The position numbers were made by a program, and so were the translations under genes. From Ylistrum balloti (taxonomy: Eukaryota): a stretch of 64,000 bases of DNA. The stretch spans positions 434,001 through 498,000 of the forward strand of contig NW_026782454.1 of assembly GCF_031769215.1 (NCBI RefSeq), in the 5' to 3' direction. Under the pieces are notes generated by a model. That model did not search any database. It had not been told where the DNA came from and worked only from the letters and a program-made list of their open reading frames with translations. This document shows, in pieces, positions 61,476 through 64,000 of the stretch (positions are counted from its first letter, which is position 1; every line of letters begins with the position of its first letter).

Positions 61476-63661
61476 TCAACTTGTAGCAGAATAGGTTCTC
61501 CTTTGTCCGCTGCGACTAAATTCATCGGTCGACTTCCGTCGTAGAAAACTTCCTCGGTTAACGAAACGATTCCCTTTGTTAACAACTGCCGATACAAAAT
61601 CCTTCCGCAAAAGTATATAGATCCATGGGTCAAGGATTTGATTTGTTAGGGCCAGCCTCATAACCAAAAGGTCACTCAAACGGTCAACACTGCCAAATGC
61701 TGATTGGTTGATTATTATCCGTACCTAATATCACAAAGGTCGTGGTTATTTGCGCAGTACATATGATATAAAAATATATCCCGACGCGTGTTCAACACAA
61801 AGACATAACATAGATTTTAATGTTATTCAACGGGTGTTCAACACAAAGACATAATATAGATTTTAATGTTATTCAACGCGTGTTCAACATAAAGACATAA
61901 CATAGATTTTAATGTTATTCAACGCAATGAGTGTTTAACACGAAGACATAATATAGATTATAAGGCGGTCATCCTGATTCTAAGGCAGTTGTCGTGATTA
62001 TAATGCGGTTGTCGTGATTCTAATGCGGTTGTCGTGATTCTAATGCGGTTGTCGTGATTCTAATGCGGTTGTCGTGATTCTAAGGCAGTTGTCGTGATTA
62101 TAATGCGGTTGTCGTGATTCTAAGGCAGTTGTCGTGATTATAATGCGGTTGTCGTGATTTTAATGCGGTTGTCGTGATTATAATGCGGTTGTCGTGATTC
62201 TAAGGCAGTTGTCGTGATTATAACGTGGTTGTCGCGATTATAATGCGGTTGTCGTGATTATAATGCGGTTGTCGTGATTCTAAGGCAGTTGTCTTGATTC
62301 TGAAGCGGTTTTCGTGATTATAATGCGGTTGTCGTGATTTTAATGCGGTTGTCGTGATTCTAAGGCAGTTGTCGTGATTATAATGCGGTTGTCGTGATTC
62401 TAAAGCGGTTGTGATCAAATGCGGTTGTCGTGATTCTAATGCGTTTGTCGTGATGCTAAGGCGGTTGTCGTGATTCTAATGCGGTTGTCGTGATTATAAT
62501 GCGGTTGTCGTGATTCTAATGCGGTTGTCGTGATTCTAAGGCAGTTGTCGTGATTATAACGTGGTTGTCGCGATTATAATGCGGTTGTCGTGATTATAAT
62601 GCGGTTGTCGTGATTCTAAGGCAGTTGTCGTGATTCTAAGGTTGATATGGTTATCTATGAACCTTAACGAATACTGTGGTATCAATTGTACGTGAGACCA
62701 TTACTGAGACACTGACCGAGCAAACGGTATTCTTATCCAGCCTTAACGCAATTTTTGGTTTTATATCCCATTCTAATTTTTTCCGTATTAAAATTTCTGA
62801 AAACATAATTTGAATTTTTGTATAAACAAAGATACAATACTCAACCATTAACGGAAGCCAGCAGATAGTAAACACCATCATGAGCACCACTAGGAAAACC
62901 ACGTTGAACACGTCACCAGCTCGCCGTGACTCTGATTTCACCCGACCTCCATGGTCAGTTTTCAGCAGCCTCCGTCTGACCAGCACTACAATGACCAGTG
63001 TATTTAGGACCACCATCATCCCGACCATACCCATCCCGAGAGAGGCATAAAGGTAAGAAAACAGCTTACCACCGGCGTCTGTAGCAAACTGATTAAAGAA
63101 ACACCAAGTTCCTGGAAACTGATGGACATTCTCGTTTATACCCATTAAAGGCATGCAAGCCAGTACCAGTGCCAAGATCCCTAACGCTGCTATTGTAAAA
63201 CTCGCCCATCTTTTTCCTAACTTACTGGTGTAGAAAAACGGAAACCAAACCGCTAGAAAACGATCCAGAGACATTGCTGCAGCTAACATCGCTGACGTCA
63301 TTCCAGTAAAAATCAAAGTAAAAGACATAAAAGCGCACGAGATTTCTCCTCCGGTCCACGTCATGTTATTCACATAAGCGGAAATAGAGACCGGAAGTGG
63401 GCCTAAGAGACCCAAAAGGTCGGATAATGCGAGAGCTAGCACCAGCCGATAGAAAGCCCTCCATTTATGTCTTTGTGAAGTATGGATGAGAATGATCAAT
63501 GCAAGAATATTACCACTTCCTCCAAACAAAAGCATCATCGCAACCGGAAGTACAGGGAAATTCCTGCCAAGCTCTGGCGTTGTACAGTTGAAAGTACATG
63601 TCATGTTTATGGTATTCAAATGTAGAATATCACCAGTATTCATTGTTGTCATGGGCAACAT
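61476..63661 (-). CDS. PTGER4-like: prostaglandin E2 receptor EP4-like GPCR, copy C (~354 aa; exons 63661-62846 and 61724-61476)
   Basis: Same motifs: GNILALIILI, AFYRLVLALALSDLLG, AMSLDRFLAV, QFPGTWCF, CWLPLM|VRIIINQ, RLALTNQILDPWIYILLRK. Acceptor TTTTTCAG 10 nt before the ATG; open frame to TGA at 61476. Confidence 0.9.
61785..61960. repeat. ~48-bp repeat, 3-4 copies
   Basis: GTGTTCAACACAAAGACATAACATAGATTTTAATGTTATTCAAC. Confidence 0.88.
61965..62640. repeat. 20-bp minisatellite (GCGGTTGTCGTGATTCTAAT)
   Basis: Direct inspection; in the intron of GPCR copy C. Confidence 0.97.
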
Positions 63662-64000
63662 TTCGTATTTCCTGAAAAAAAAAGAACAATTCTGCAGTTA
63701 GATCACAGACATGAGTTTGTTGTGAATTTGTGTAATTATGTTGTTTTGTACTCTCTCCTTATATTCCTGTTATGTTACACATTCTGTTTGCTGTTCCATT
63801 TTCAAGACAAAAATATTATTTCAATTGATAATTCTTTTCAAATGCTTTTTTAAGATAGTCATCACATTTCTGGAAAACTTAATTATTTTATGTATTAATC
63901 TGAACATGCAAAATAAAACTATTTTGACATCAGTTACAAAATGACGGCAGAAAATCTTATTCAAAGCATCTTCAGTGAAGCGATTAACATACCACAGAAA

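Noticed and set aside
3720-62640. Regularly spaced repeats as CRISPR arrays
   Set aside because: Units are head-to-tail with no unique spacers, no cas genes are present, and the context is a spliced eukaryotic locus.

Overview
AT-rich, intron-rich animal genomic DNA. The repeat families suggest a mollusc, probably a bivalve (inference). From left to right it holds: (1) THOC1 on the + strand, with 18 coding exons reconstructed by hand (1669-24242; exon 1 not found, probably left of the window); (2) a convergent, unrecognised 11-exon gene for a ~425-aa coiled-coil protein with an acidic tail (- strand, 42220-32312); (3) a cluster of three prostanoid (EP-type) GPCR copies: a disabled - strand copy A (48432-44290), an intact + strand copy B (52578-56520) and an intact - strand copy C (63661-61476), with signs of patchwork gene conversion. 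About a third of the window (~21-22 kb by my tally) is unrelated minisatellite arrays, several of which are amplified copies of neighbouring splice sites or transposon ends. Also present are a decayed Tc1 transposase, decayed Penelope-like RT fragments, Helentron-type non-autonomous elements (HINEs), tRNA-derived SINE heads and a degenerate hammerhead-like motif. Nearly all long ORFs in the supplied track are repeat artefacts. No CRISPR, rRNA or tRNA gene is supported. All alignments were done by eye; no database search was run.
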